From Nageia nagi (taxonomy: Eukaryota > Plantae > Pinophyta): a stretch of DNA of 64,000 nucleotides. Numbering within the stretch: the first letter of the stretch is position 1; every line of letters starts with the position of its first letter. A program made the translations under genes and the position numbers. Below are positions 52,024-64,000 of the stretch, one piece after another. The stretch is taken from the NCBI GenBank assembly GCA_050084985.1, contig JBITNC010000001.1, positions 133,858,001 through 133,922,000 of the forward strand. The letters run 5' to 3'. The notes under the pieces are model-generated. The model searched no databases. It had not been told where the DNA came from and was given only the letters and a program-made list of their open reading frames with translations.

Positions 52024-55000
52024 ATGGAAGGTCCCCGTCATTCATCAGGGCACTATGACTAGTTCCAAAAGCAATTCAGCCAAGGATTATGCACGAGATC
52101 TGGAATACATCAAGCAAGAATGCCTCATTACCATATGCGAGCAATAAGACCCCTTGCCCCAAGGGACTAAATTCTCCAAAAACAGGTTGGCCACTATTGG
52201 GGACACAGATTGGCAGAAGGTGGATCTGATGCAAATGAGGGAGAAGATCAAGAACAAACCCATCAGTGAGTTGAAATAAGACATCGTCTTCTTCTCGAGG
52301 CTCTCGACTTGTACATTCGTCCCATTCACAGCTCCGTTCCCAAAGTTGTGCTTGGAAGTTGGCTAGCATTGGAAGATGGGAAGAGAGTGCTACGAGACAT
52401 TAAGGTCAACGTCATCATGGACTTCAGCCCCGAAGGCATCAAGAAGGCATTCCAATGGATTGCAGAAGGCAACTTTGAATACACAAAAGAGGAGTTGTTG
52501 GCATGCTATCGGGACACCAACAGAGCAACCGGAGCAATCATGAGTTGGATGTTCGAGGAGCACCATGGCCTAAAGGGAATGCACTTATCAATGCCCCTCG
52601 CTCCCACTTCTACCCCTCTATTCAATTAATGATCCTCATGTTGTCAAGAGTTCTCGGGAAGGAGGATGCATCCAAGTTCCAAAAGGAGTTCTTCGTCTTT
52701 ATTGTGGAGATAGCCCGAGGAAAGAAGATCAAGTGGAACAAAGTGTTAAGCGACAATATCATGGACCAGTTGTCATCAGTAGGAACCACACACAAGTTCT
52801 ACCTCAACTCCTACCTGGTATACCTATTACTACAAGGCAAACCGAGGCCCACAACTTTAGGAGAGGCGGACTTGATCACAAAGGGGACATACGTAGTGTG
52901 GAAATGCTATCCTGAATGGAAGGTCGAGAGGAGATGAGAAGACTTCACGATGAGGAGTGATGGATGGACGTACGAAATTTACAAGGAGCTTAAGGGAGAG
53001 ACTATTGTTGCTAGGATCTCCAATGCAGCCCAAGATGCGTTGAGGAGACATGGAGACTTCTTCACCCACCACTAACATTATTCCTACATCCGTTTCTATG
53101 GGTTGGCTGTGGAACCTTATCAACTACCTCGGTATGTAAGCTATCGGATGCTCCTGATGGAGATGATGAGGCAATTAGTCTACTTGCATGAACATGTTTG
53201 GCAAAAGAAGTCAGCCACTTCCAATCTACCGATTACGATTTGGGAGTATCAGTGTAGAGCTTGGGCGGATGTGACTTCAATGATAGAGGAGTTGGCGAAG
53301 TACAACTTCCCGAAGATGCCAGCCACCAATCACTATGACCCTCAACATCGGACTCATTAGTTTTACATGAAAGAAAGGAAGAGAGCTTATGAGCATAGAC
53401 CACTCAAAGATGAAGAGCCATTCCAAAACATCAGTGCTGAAGTGGAAGTGAAGAAGATCTACGCCAAGATGCAAGAAGAGGCTCGGAGGCAACAACAAGA
53501 GGTAGAGGTGTCAATTCATAAGAAGTTGTCTCAATCTCGGGGAAAGAAACCACACAGATCTACTTCCAGGGTCATTCAGTTTCTACCAACAATTGGAGAG
53601 CCTATTGGACAATATGCCTCCATGCATGGGAGGGCCCCACTTGAGCAGGTAGCACAGTAGGTTAGGGAGATGGTTGATGAACATGACATGACGGAGTTCG
53701 AGCATGTGCCCACCAATAAGATGGTGAGATGTGTGAGGAACCAAAGACCAGATCCGACTTCGCATCAAAGATCGGATCCAACTCCGCCCCAGAGACCCGC
53801 AAGGATAGCAATGGCACATCCATCCTCGATCATTCCACGATCAAGATCAGAATCCTCAGGACCTCAATACGAAGAAAATGGAACCCCTCATGGAGAACAA
53901 GCATATAGATAAGAAAATGGTGACCGACAAAGCATGCTTGAGGAAGGGGAATATGAAAGTATTCCGCAAGACGAGTCAAAGGAGGGGCTAGGAGATGAAC
54001 ACAAACCCAATACCGTTCCAGAGAGAGATATACACGACGCACAAGGTGAGGAAGAACCATCAATGGAGATCTTGAACGGCACCCATAATCATGCCACCTC
54101 AGAATCGTCGACCTCCCAGAGGAAGGAGAAAGACCTCACTTCAAAGTGAATGCCGAGAAGAACCCATTTAAAGAGAGGGTTCCAGTCCAGGTTGTCGATA
54201 ACACCAGGGGAAACTACAAGGCAAGGTGAGAGGCCTTTGAAGAAGATTTGGAACACAATCGTCGTTTCAGAAGCAATTGTTGAGACCCATAAACCTCTGC
54301 CCAATCCTGAGTGGGGAGTAAACATAGACGAGTGTCTCGATGTCTTCAACATGGATGTGGGACTAGAATTCAGACCCAAAGGGACAGGAGATCAAGTTGG
54401 AGAGAGTTCCACTCGCTTGAGGAAGAGTCAGACCTACGTACATATGACAAAAAACGTAGTGTGCATCAAGACCATAGTGGCAGACAAGGTCAACCCCCAG
54501 GGTCCCGGAGACTTGAGGCATATAAATCAGATCATCAACACGGGCCCAATTGGTGTCATTGGCAGGAAGCATGCTATTATTTCGAATACCGAGGCAATAG
54601 CCAAGGATGGGTTGTTGAAGGAACAAGAGATAAAGAGCTTGAAGGAGGAGTTGGCAACCTAGAGGAGATTGACTCGCGAGTTAGAGTTCGCCAAAGTACC
54701 TACAGATGACCTCAAGAAGGTAAGACCTCTCAAACAAGGAATGATTATTGTGAAACAAAAGGTGATGGAAAAGGCCTTAGCAATGTTGAGACGATTCATC
54801 GATATCCTCCACCAAATCTCATTCACAGAGGAGCAGCTAAGGTATATTCTCACCGAAAGGGTCAAGCTACTCAGGATCTTGGACTCCCAGAAACCCATGA
54901 TACTAAGATACGAGGCGATGCATACTCAGAGACCTGAGGACACAAAGTTTTGTGAGGATTACTGGTTTGATTTGGGTGTAAACAGCCAAGTACATACCCA

Positions 55001-55387
55001 TTTCTAGGAAACGAAACAAGGGGTGACTGCAATTAATGAAAATGTCGATGCATGTATAGAACGGATGGAATTTCAGGTACAATTCTTGGAGGAAGACACC
55101 ACCATCTAGGAAGCAGATGAGGTAGTGGCCAAGGTCAGACACCTTCTCCTTAGCCTGATGATGACCAAGGATATGAACTCCTACCAAACAAGGACTCACT
55201 TGGGGCATATGCTGCAGGCCCAAACATGGAAAAATGAAATGCAAAGGATGGTGAATGAAGCCGAGGAGAGCATGAATGCCAGCAGACCAAAGTTCTCATA
55301 GATGTAAGTGGGGTGGAGCACATGACAAAGTTCCTGGCAGCCGGGTTTGAAGACCGAGTTGCAGGCTTGGGCCCACCATTAGCCTAA
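52024..55387 (+). pseudogene. Decayed ~1,100-codon retroelement accessory ORF (non-gag/pol; acidic linker, coiled-coil-like C-terminus)
   Basis: ORF pieces 52309, 52503, 53103, 53367, 53670, 53934, 54150 and 54669 are collinear and homologous to minus-strand pieces in 57470-60445; start and end approximate. Confidence 0.8.
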
Positions 55388-56611
55388 TCATTTTTATTTT
55401 CAGTTGTTTTATTTTCACATCTTCCAGCTAGACATTCTAATATTATTTTATTCCCAAACTCCTGAAGGATGAGGATTTTCTCCCACGAGTTTGGAGGAGA
55501 TATTGTAATGCCATGTGGCAAATTTTCATTTGATCCCCTGTTATTTCGTGAATTAGGGTTAGGGCAACACTGTTGGTTGCTCCTAACATTATTTATACCC
55601 CATTCTGACTCATTTGTAGAGGATTTGACATTTTGACATCTTAATACAACTTTGTTGTGCCAAATTGCTCTTAAGTGTTGAAGGTGGTGTATGTGGATGT
55701 TATTGTAATGATATACTTGTTCATGTTGCAATAGTGGATGTGAATGAATGCTAGATAGTGTTATTTGTTTTCCTTCTATCATTACTTGATGTTAACTAAG
55801 TTTACTTGGTGCATTTCATAAACTTCACTGTAGTGGATGAGAGGTTGCTTGCATATCTTGAGAAGTAATTCACTAATATCTCGTGGGTGGCATTTCACTA
55901 TTGGCAATATTGGTTTGATGATCTTGGGATGTCTCATTGATGTTATTCACCGCGAGGACTTCACCTGAGCCCTTTAGTCCAACCTTGGTCTCGTCTTATC
56001 TCACCGCCCTAGCTTCACGCTCCGTTCACCTAGCTATTCGTGTTGTTGGCTAGTGGACTAGATAGTGGGTGCTTGGAACCCACATTGAACCCAAGTGAGT
56101 CGACTTCCAAGACTCTTTATCAAGCCCATGAATTAGCGTGTCTACTCTTGCATCATGTTACCACAGTCTTTCCACCATTGTATCTTTCTTTATTTTCTTC
56201 TATTTTTCAATTTTTTTCACCGCTTTCGCACCCCAATTTCCCTTTCAGCACTCAAGAAACAACCTTGGTGAAGTCTAAACACAAAATAACTCAAGTCTCT
56301 TGAATCCACACATGATATTCATGTTGATGCCAGCTTTAAACATCTCAACCGTCCCCTGGGTTGTTCTTGCATAACCCACGAAGTCGAACCTTTGGGGTAA
56401 CCAATCCCCATAGCGGGAGTAATGTACCTCCACCTGAGATGTTGGCGCTTTTCCCAGTACTCTAGGGTAGGAAAGGAAACCCCCCACCAGATACAAGGAC
56501 CCGAGAAGACAAGCTTATGAAGTTATGACCATGCAAATCATTGCACAATTTCTACACTCGTGATGTCTTAATTCAACCATGATATTTTTTTTGGTAGAAC
56601 TTGCTCACTAG

Positions 56612-59600
56612 TGTTGGGGTTTTTTCTTTCCTACCTTGTTAATAGGCAATTGAAACTGTAAGGCTTGTGGAAAGATACCAACAGCTGGGTGGTAGGGCAT
56701 GACCCCTACCCGCTATGACGACTAGTTACCTCAAAGGTTCAGTGATGTAATATGCAAGAGGTTACTCAGGGGATTGGTAGGCACGTTTGAAGCTATCTCC
56801 AACTCAAATAGTATTTGTTAACCAAGGACTCGAAGGGTCCCTGTTCCCAGAAATGGTTGTTTCTCAAAAGGAAAAGAAAAGTGAGGTTGCAAAAGCTGCA
56901 CAAAGAAAATGAAAAATAAAGAAAAGGGTTGAGAAGAAAGTGATATATGAATTCAGCACATGAGTTCAATATTCTCACTGACTAGTATGGGTTTTTAAGA
57001 CTTGGCTCTCACGAGCTTGACACAAGTTCCAGGACTTCGAAGCTTGGGGCTACGGCGATGGAGGTAAAAAAGGGTGAAACGTGGGTAGACCTTGATCAAG
57101 GGAGTGAAGTTCCTATACTAACCGACATATGCAAGCCATCTCAAAGAGCACAAGTCCAAAGTGCAAACTATGAAACATTACACAACCATGCATTACTTGA
57201 AGTACTTCTAAGGATATTCAATCACTCTTTTGTCCACCTTAAACTAGATTTACAAAATGTACCAAGTATTCAAGATAGCATAAGAAAGTAACACACATTC
57301 ACATTCTTAGTTTCAAATAAGAATATTCGCAATTCAATTACTTGAAGTATATCACATTCACAAATTAGGAAAACTTGCAAGCTTGAAAATATTAGGTAAG
57401 TTGTCCAATTTGCAAAATGTCTAATCCCTTACAAATGAGCCCTAGTGGCTATAAATAGTTTTACGGCATCATCATCAATGAATTTTGAGCTGCGCAAAGC
57501 CATGGACCCCCTATATTACACCTGGAACTCCATCTGCTCGAGGCTGGTGTTAGCCTTCTCATTGAGCTTTTCGACCTCCTTTTGCACCTCCTAGAAACGT
57601 GTAGCTATCTGGTTGACAACACCCAAGTAGAACTAATACTGTTAACAAAACTTCACATCTTCGGAGCTCCAATCATGTGTCATCTTGAACTTCATGATCA
57701 TTGGCCTTCAAGAATCCAAAATCCTAAGACAGTTGGCTCTCTCCACCACAATATCCTTCAACTTCTGCTCTTCGAATGTTACACTCTGTAGTGCACCAAT
57801 GAACTGTTGTAATGCTACCAAGACCTCATCAATTTCTCCCTATTTCACTGTAATCATGCCCTCTTTAAGTGACTTTATCTTTCGAAGCTCCTTCGTGGGC
57901 ACCTTAGCTGACTCCAATTCTTTAGTCACTTTCTTACGTGCAGCTAACTCCTTCCTAAGGCTTTTAATCTCCTTTTCTTTAATCATCCCATATTTGGTAA
58001 TTGCCTCAATGTTGGAAATGATTGCATGTTTCCGGCCAGCCAAACAAATAGGACCAGTATTGATGATTTGGTTGACCTGTCTGAGATCTTCAGTTCGTTG
58101 GGGATTCTCCTTGTCTGCGATTATAGTCTTGATGTGAATTGCGTTCTTGGTCAAATGCAAATAAGTCTAGGTCTTACTCGGGCAAGTGGAGCTTTCTCCA
58201 ATCTGATTATTCTCTTAACCCATTCCAAACTCCTCCCCGACATCCATGTTGAACACGTCCACACACTCTTCCATATTAACTCCCCATTCATTTGTAGGTG
58301 ATGGCTGATGAGTCTCAAAAACTGCCTCCTGAATGGTGTTGATATTCTTCTTGGCTTTCTTTGAAGGTCTCTCTTCTTCCTCACCAAGCTCTTCCGAAAC
58401 CTCTATGGTCCGTGACTATGAAGTCCTCTTCAATTTTTCTTTTCTTTGTATTGTTTCTAAGGCTGGTTCCTTACCCTTCTTTTGGATGGTTCTGAGGTAG
58501 CAGGATTTTGGACTACCATCACTATCTCCAAGGATTCATCTTCTTGTTGTGTATCAGGGATGTCGTTGTGTTGAGATGCACTGACTCCTTGTTCTTCTTC
58601 TATCTCACCCACTTCTCCTTCTTCCTCATGGTTGTTAGGTTCATATGCGAGGACTAGTGGATGCAGACCCAAATAGCGGAATGATTGGTGATGGACGTCC
58701 AGTTGCTTCTCTAGGTGGTCTTGGTGGTGGGGTTGGATCCTTCTCTCTGTTCCTAACACACATCACCATCTTGTTCGTGGCCACATGTTCAAGCTCTCTC
58801 ATGTGCTCATCAATGGTGTCCCTTACTTATTTTGCATTACCTGTTCTACTAGGTTCTTGCCATGCATTAATGCATACTGTCCAACAGGTGCTTCAACCGC
58901 GGGAGGAAACTGGGTGACCCTAGATGTAGACTCTTGAGGTCTTCTTCCCTTTTGTTGTGACAATCTCTTATTGATAGTGGTCTCAACAAGGTGTTGTTGA
59001 TCATGGGCATCTTTATGCATCTTTACACAAATCTTTTTAATCTCTACCTCGTTATTCACATTTCGGAAAGGTTCCTCTTCTCCAAGTGGTTTGTGCTTAT
59101 ATGCTTTCTTCCTTTCCTTCATAAAGAGCCAGTGCATCCTGTGGTTGAGGTTATAATGGTCGAAGGCAAGAATTTTCTTGAAGTTAAATCTCACCGACTC
59201 TTCCTTCATAGTGTCAACGTCTGCCCCAGACTTACACTGGTATTCACCTACTATAATCAGCAAATTTGAAGTAGCTAATTTCTTCTACCACACCTGTTCA
59301 TGTAGATAGGCCAACTACCTCATCATCTCCAAAAGAAACAACTGCACGGTTGACCCATAGATTCTGATATAGGAATAGTTTTGGTGATGGAGGAACAAGT
59401 CCCCATGCTTCTTCAAAGCATCCTGGGCTAAGTTAGAGATCCTTGCCACTATGATTTCTCCTTTGAGCTCCTTGTAGATCTCATACTCCCATCTATCGTT
59501 CTTCATGATGAAACTATCCCATCTCCTCTCGAGATTACATTTAGGGTAGCATCTCCAAATGGCATAGGTCCCTTTCTCGATCAATGCCAATTACCCTTTT

Positions 59601-61393
59601 GTCATGGCCTTGTACTTGTCGTGAAGCAATATGTACAACAGGTACAAATTGAGTTAGAATTTGCTAGTGGTGCCTACGGATGATAATCGATCAGCAAGTG
59701 TGTCACTCGACACCTTACTCCACCTAATCTTTTTCCCTCCAACAATTTTGATAATGAAGCCAAAGAACTCTTCCTTCTCGAGAACTCTGGACAACATCAA
59801 GATCATCAACTCAACCGAAGGGTGGAAATTGGAATAAGAGGCATTTATGAGCGCATTACCCTTAAGTCCATGATGCTCGTCCAACATCTAGTTCTTGATT
59901 GCAACGACGACCCTGTTGGTCTCTTGATAGCATGCCAGTGATTATGCCTAGCTGTACTCGAAATTTCCCTCTAAAGTCTACTGTAACGCTGTTTTGATGG
60001 CATCGAAGCTGAAGTCCATGATGATGTCTCCTTTGATGTCATGAAGGACTCTTCCCCCCCTTTTTGCCAATGATGACCAACCTCCATGCACAATTCAGGA
60101 AACGGAGCCATGAAGGGTATGCATGTGCATGTGGAGAGTCCAACGAAGAAGACAATGTCTTGTTTGAGGTCACTGACGAATAAATCACAAATTTTATCTC
60201 TCATTTGCATAGGGTCAATGTCTTGCCAATATGTGTCTCCGATGGTAGCAAGACCGTTCTTTGAGAATCTGGCCCCTTCAGGAAGGGACTCTTGTCTTTC
60301 CCAGATAGGGATGACAAAATCTTGTCTCAACCGCTCGAGGTCCCTAGAAAAATCTGAAGCCAAATTGCCCTTGGGAGTAGTCAAAGTGTTCAGGCTTACA
60401 ATGAAGTCTCTCAAGGGTGACGCGAGGGTTTCCAATTGGTGAAGACACCCTACGTTGGATTGGTTTGCCCCTCTAATGCTTGCGCAAGCCCTAGGATGAA
60501 GTATGATGGGATTCAAGCTAAAAAATCTGCAATTTCCTGCTACTTTGGCGCATAAGTGGAAGAGGAGCAAGTTTGAATTTGAGAAAATGAAGTCCACAAG
60601 CTTGTATTTATAGCCCAAACTGGCTTTGCCACTAACCCTAATCGGCTAGGTTAATGAAGCAAACTTGATCTTAGCCATCCGTCTGGCCAAACTCAAGATG
60701 TGTGTCTGCACCAAAATTCATGTTGCATGTGACCAGACGTAGGGGTTTTAGAGCTCATTCTGGCCTGGCGCATGGCCAAAAAAGACATGATTGTGCCTTA
60801 TTGAATCATTTGCCAACCTTGGGGTGAAGCATGCTCCAAACGTTGGCCCTTTTTGCTCGCTTGCTTGTCTTGACCGTGAACTTGCCCTATGACCTGATCT
60901 TTCCTAGATTTTGGTCTTTTTGGTGCCTAGACTTGTCGAATTTGATCTTTCATCTCAACCTGGGCACTCCTCAAGCTAGGCACATGATTCCAAAAGTCAT
61001 GTTTTTGACTTTTGAGGCATGCGCCAGCCTTTCCTGCTTGTCCAACTTGGTCACATGGTTCAAAAAGACATGATTGTGTCATTTTGAATCATGCGCAAGC
61101 CTCCAGATGGCCAATTTTTCGTAGTTTCATGCTTTTTTCTCCATGCCTTTGCCAAAATTTCCCCCTATGCTCGATCTTGAAGGCTTCCTGGGCATGGCAC
61201 ATGGCCAGGAAAGTCACAAACATGTCTTCTGGAATCATGTGCCAACCCTCCTGGGTGTGTTGGTCTTGGTTCCGAGGTTCTGGGCTTCATGCCTTAGTCA
61301 TTTTCTTAGTTGAACAAATTAAAAGCCTTTTTGGCCTGGTCTCACAGTTCAAAAAGACATGATTGTGTCTTTTTGAGGCATGCACCAACCTCC
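56612..61393 (-). mobile_element. Giant-LTR family type P, copy D (5'-truncated), tail-to-tail with copy C
   Basis: tgttggggtttttttctttcctacc terminus; ORF homolog; five palindromes at 60768-61385. Confidence 0.88.
57470..60445 (-). pseudogene. Second decayed copy of the accessory ORF
   Basis: LATIGDTYWQ, LMILMLSRVL, HGDLF..YSYIRIYG and INTGPI..GRKHAIISN match copy C. Confidence 0.8.
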
Positions 61394-64000
61394 TGGTATT
61401 TGAAAGGAAACCCTTCCTCTTACTCCACGATCGCCCATATGATCAAGATGGGAAAGCGACCCAGCATGTAGGTGAGAACGCGTTACTGAAAGCTCATGCC
61501 GTTAATACGAGCTTTAAATTGGTAGGTCTTGTTTGGGAATCAACTGACTGGTGTAGTAGAGGTAATAACTGTTAACTCACATTTTTTGTAGGGACTAAGG
61601 TGTGTTATCTTACAATACTTCGAAAGTTGTCATAAGTTTTTAAAGAAAGTATATAATAAAGAAAAGAAAAAGTGAGAATGAGATCGAATACTAGCTAGAC
61701 TTCAAAGAGGTAATCGCAATGCAGCATTGTCTAATTACTCTTTCTCTCTGATCAGTTAAGAAATCTTGTTCAATTCAATAAAGTCCTTGAAATGAATGAC
61801 TATTGTGCAATCATTCCAAAGATGAGTGAGAAGCAGAATTGATTATCAGTACTCTGTGAACAAAACCGTTGCAACCAAGTGGACAAACTGTGAGTGAAGG
61901 TGGATAGTTTTGAACAAAATATTTCGGAAGATGTCTTAAGAGAAAATCAATTCAAAATACTATGCACTTAACAAGCAAGTGATGAATTAGCAACAATTCA
62001 AGACAATTCAAACATTTTCAAAAGTTTACAACAAATTCTCCTAAAAATCGAAAGTTTTCAAAGAGAAGGCACAAAACGATTTGAATTACAATAATTGTCC
62101 TTAAAAGATCAATCCACCACTCCCATAGATGAAAACACACTTTGAATCAACTTGTAGCCATTTGTATTATGTTTGCAAAAGAGAATTGCATAAGTAGATC
62201 AATTTGCTCCTCAATTGCAAAAAATTTCAATTTTGAAAAAGATTGAAAATTTCTTGGATTACAACATTCTACCTCAAAATGTGACCCTCTATGGTCTATT
62301 TATAGACATTTTACATCAAAATTTGAGGGTGTTGCCCTAATTCCTAAAAAAGCTTTAAAATGCTAATTTGAATGCTAAATTGAGATTACAATATTGTTTT
62401 AGTAAGAGAACAATCTTATCCCATTCAAATATGCTAAAAATAAAATATTTACAAAAATGGATGCCCTCTGACATGCATTTCAAGGTGTTTTGCATCAATT
62501 TGTCGAAAATTGGAGCTTCAAATCCTCGTTTTGGATCCTTCTGACAACATTTTGAGCTCCTTCCTTCTTTGAATCTAGATTTGCCTGTGATGTGATCATT
62601 GTGGCAAATTTTCAAGGGATTCTAAGAGAATTTTTTGAAAAAGTCGATTATTTGGTGTATTTTTCAAAAAAGAAAAAGAGGGATCCGAAATTTGAAAATT
62701 TTTTAAAAAGTAGATTTGAGCTTATGGATGGATGGAGGATAGAATTATAAGACACTTGGCAAGTTTTGAGAGGTTTTAGAGCTTTTTTGGGAGGTTTTAT
62801 GAAGGATTAGAGATTTGGGCAATTTTTTCCAATTTCACGTCTATGGATTTCGTTTGGTAGAAAAAAGTGAAATTTCCATAGGAATGAAAAATGCCTCTTA
62901 GATTTTTGAGCCCTTTAACTTGCTCAAATTCAAAAATTCTCAAGTTAAAAGTTGCTTAAAATGTGCTCTTCAATACAATGAAGCCAAAATTTTCGATTTT
63001 TTGAGCAAAATTTTCGATTTTTTGAGCAAAATTTGATGTTCCTCCTAGAGTTAGGTGCAAGTTTTCACCTCATTGGAATTCCATAAACTTGAAAAACTGC
63101 ACCTATCTATTTGTTGCTTTTAAGTTGCTCAAATTTGAAAATTTGAAGCATTAAATATTCTCAAAAACCACTTTCCTTGCAAATATGTCAAAAAACTTGA
63201 TTTTTGGGCAAAATTTTCACATTCTCCCATGTTAGGCACCAATTTTCAGGTCTATGGATTCCCAATTGCATGAAAATCTTTGCCTTCTTTTTTGAGGGGT
63301 TGCCATGGCCTAAAATTAAAAATCTCAAGTGTTAAATGTGCTAGAAATGCCTTTTTCTATGCAATGAAGGGGTCCAACTCGATTTTTGAATGAAATTTAT
63401 CAAATTTTTCCAACCTAGGCGCCAAAATTCAGTCCTATGGGTCTTCAATCAGCCCCAAACCTACGCCTAGCTTTTTGTGCCGCCAAACTTGCTCAAAATG
63501 AAAATTTGCAAGTTTAAACCTTCTCAAAATGACCTCCATTACGTACTTATGTCTTCAAACTTGACTTTTGATCATAATTTATCAAATTTTTTTCACCCTA
63601 GACGTTGTTTTCCATTTTTTTGGATTTCCATAGCCTTGAAAAACTGCTCCTAGGCGTTTGGGCATCAAAACTTGCTCAATTTCGAAAAATTGAAGGTGTA
63701 AATGTGCTAGAAATCATCATTTTGACTTAATGAACACCTCAAACTTGATTTTTGATGAAATTTGCACTTTTCCCTCCAAGTGAGGCGCTACTTTTCACTC
63801 CTATGGATTAAGAAAAATTAGGAAAACTGCGCTTAGCTTTTAGGTGCCCAAAAATAGCTCAAATTCAATTTTTCCAAGACCTAAAGGTGCTCTAAATGAT
63901 CTTTTCACCCAATGAAACCTTAGAACTTGTGTTTTGATCAAAAATTATCAATTTTTTTAATTCTAGGCACCATTTTTCACCCCATTGGTTTTGGAAAAAG
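61394..64000 (-). mobile_element. Giant-LTR family type S, copy F (runs off the window; 3' terminus lost at the junction with copy D)
   Basis: 62440-62600 is the reverse complement of about 43560-43725 of copy E; tatttatag at about 62297; satellite-like array follows. Confidence 0.8.
62870..64000. repeat. ~183-bp satellite-like tandem array (at least 6 units)
   Basis: tagg(c/t)gc anchors at 63052, 63233, 63416, 63599, 63782 and 63964 (periods 181, 183, 183, 183, 182). Confidence 0.82.

Larger units (their letters stand above)
50424..56489 (+). mobile_element. Giant-LTR family type P, copy C: complete 6,066-bp unit with a palindrome array and a large internal ORF
   Basis: tgttgtgtcttacacaac...aaccccccacca termini; perfect TSD GATAC (50419-50423 and 56490-56494); no internal LTR pair, PBS or gag/pol seen. 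Confidence 0.92.

Noticed and set aside
61590-61617. Possible 5' terminus of copy D (tgtgttatcttacaata)
   Set aside because: No TSD match to actag, and the surrounding sequence aligns with the 3' tail of type S copy E, so it belongs to copy F.
49744-64000. Next upstream UVR8 exon (WGDFGRLGHG...CGDSHCLAV)
   Set aside because: Not found by eye; the region is almost entirely TE, so the exon presumably lies beyond the window.

Overview
AT-rich plant nuclear DNA. A conifer or other giant-genome gymnosperm is inferred from intron size and TE content; this is not proven. The window holds the 3' two-thirds of a UVR8 UV-B photoreceptor gene on the minus strand. Eight clearly identifiable exons (814 bp) are spread over about 46 kb, all three GWRHT motifs and the C27 VP motif are intact, and one intron is probably GC-AG. 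The introns (up to 17 kb) are filled with nested, decayed transposons: a full-length Ty1/copia element, a 3'-truncated Ty3/gypsy element, a hAT remnant and two ~1 kb solo LTRs. The most striking content is eight copies or fragments of one family of 3-6 kb TGTTG...CAACA units, three of them with recognisable 5-bp TSDs. They look like giant solo LTRs, and there are two subtypes. Type P carries an array of ~46-bp palindromes whose 72/114/145-bp spacing is conserved across four diverged copies, then a TATA box and a decayed ~1,100-codon non-gag/pol ORF inside the presumed U3. Type S has the same kind of termini and promoter module but carries a ~183/365-bp satellite-like array instead. All coordinates, spacings and identities were counted by hand.
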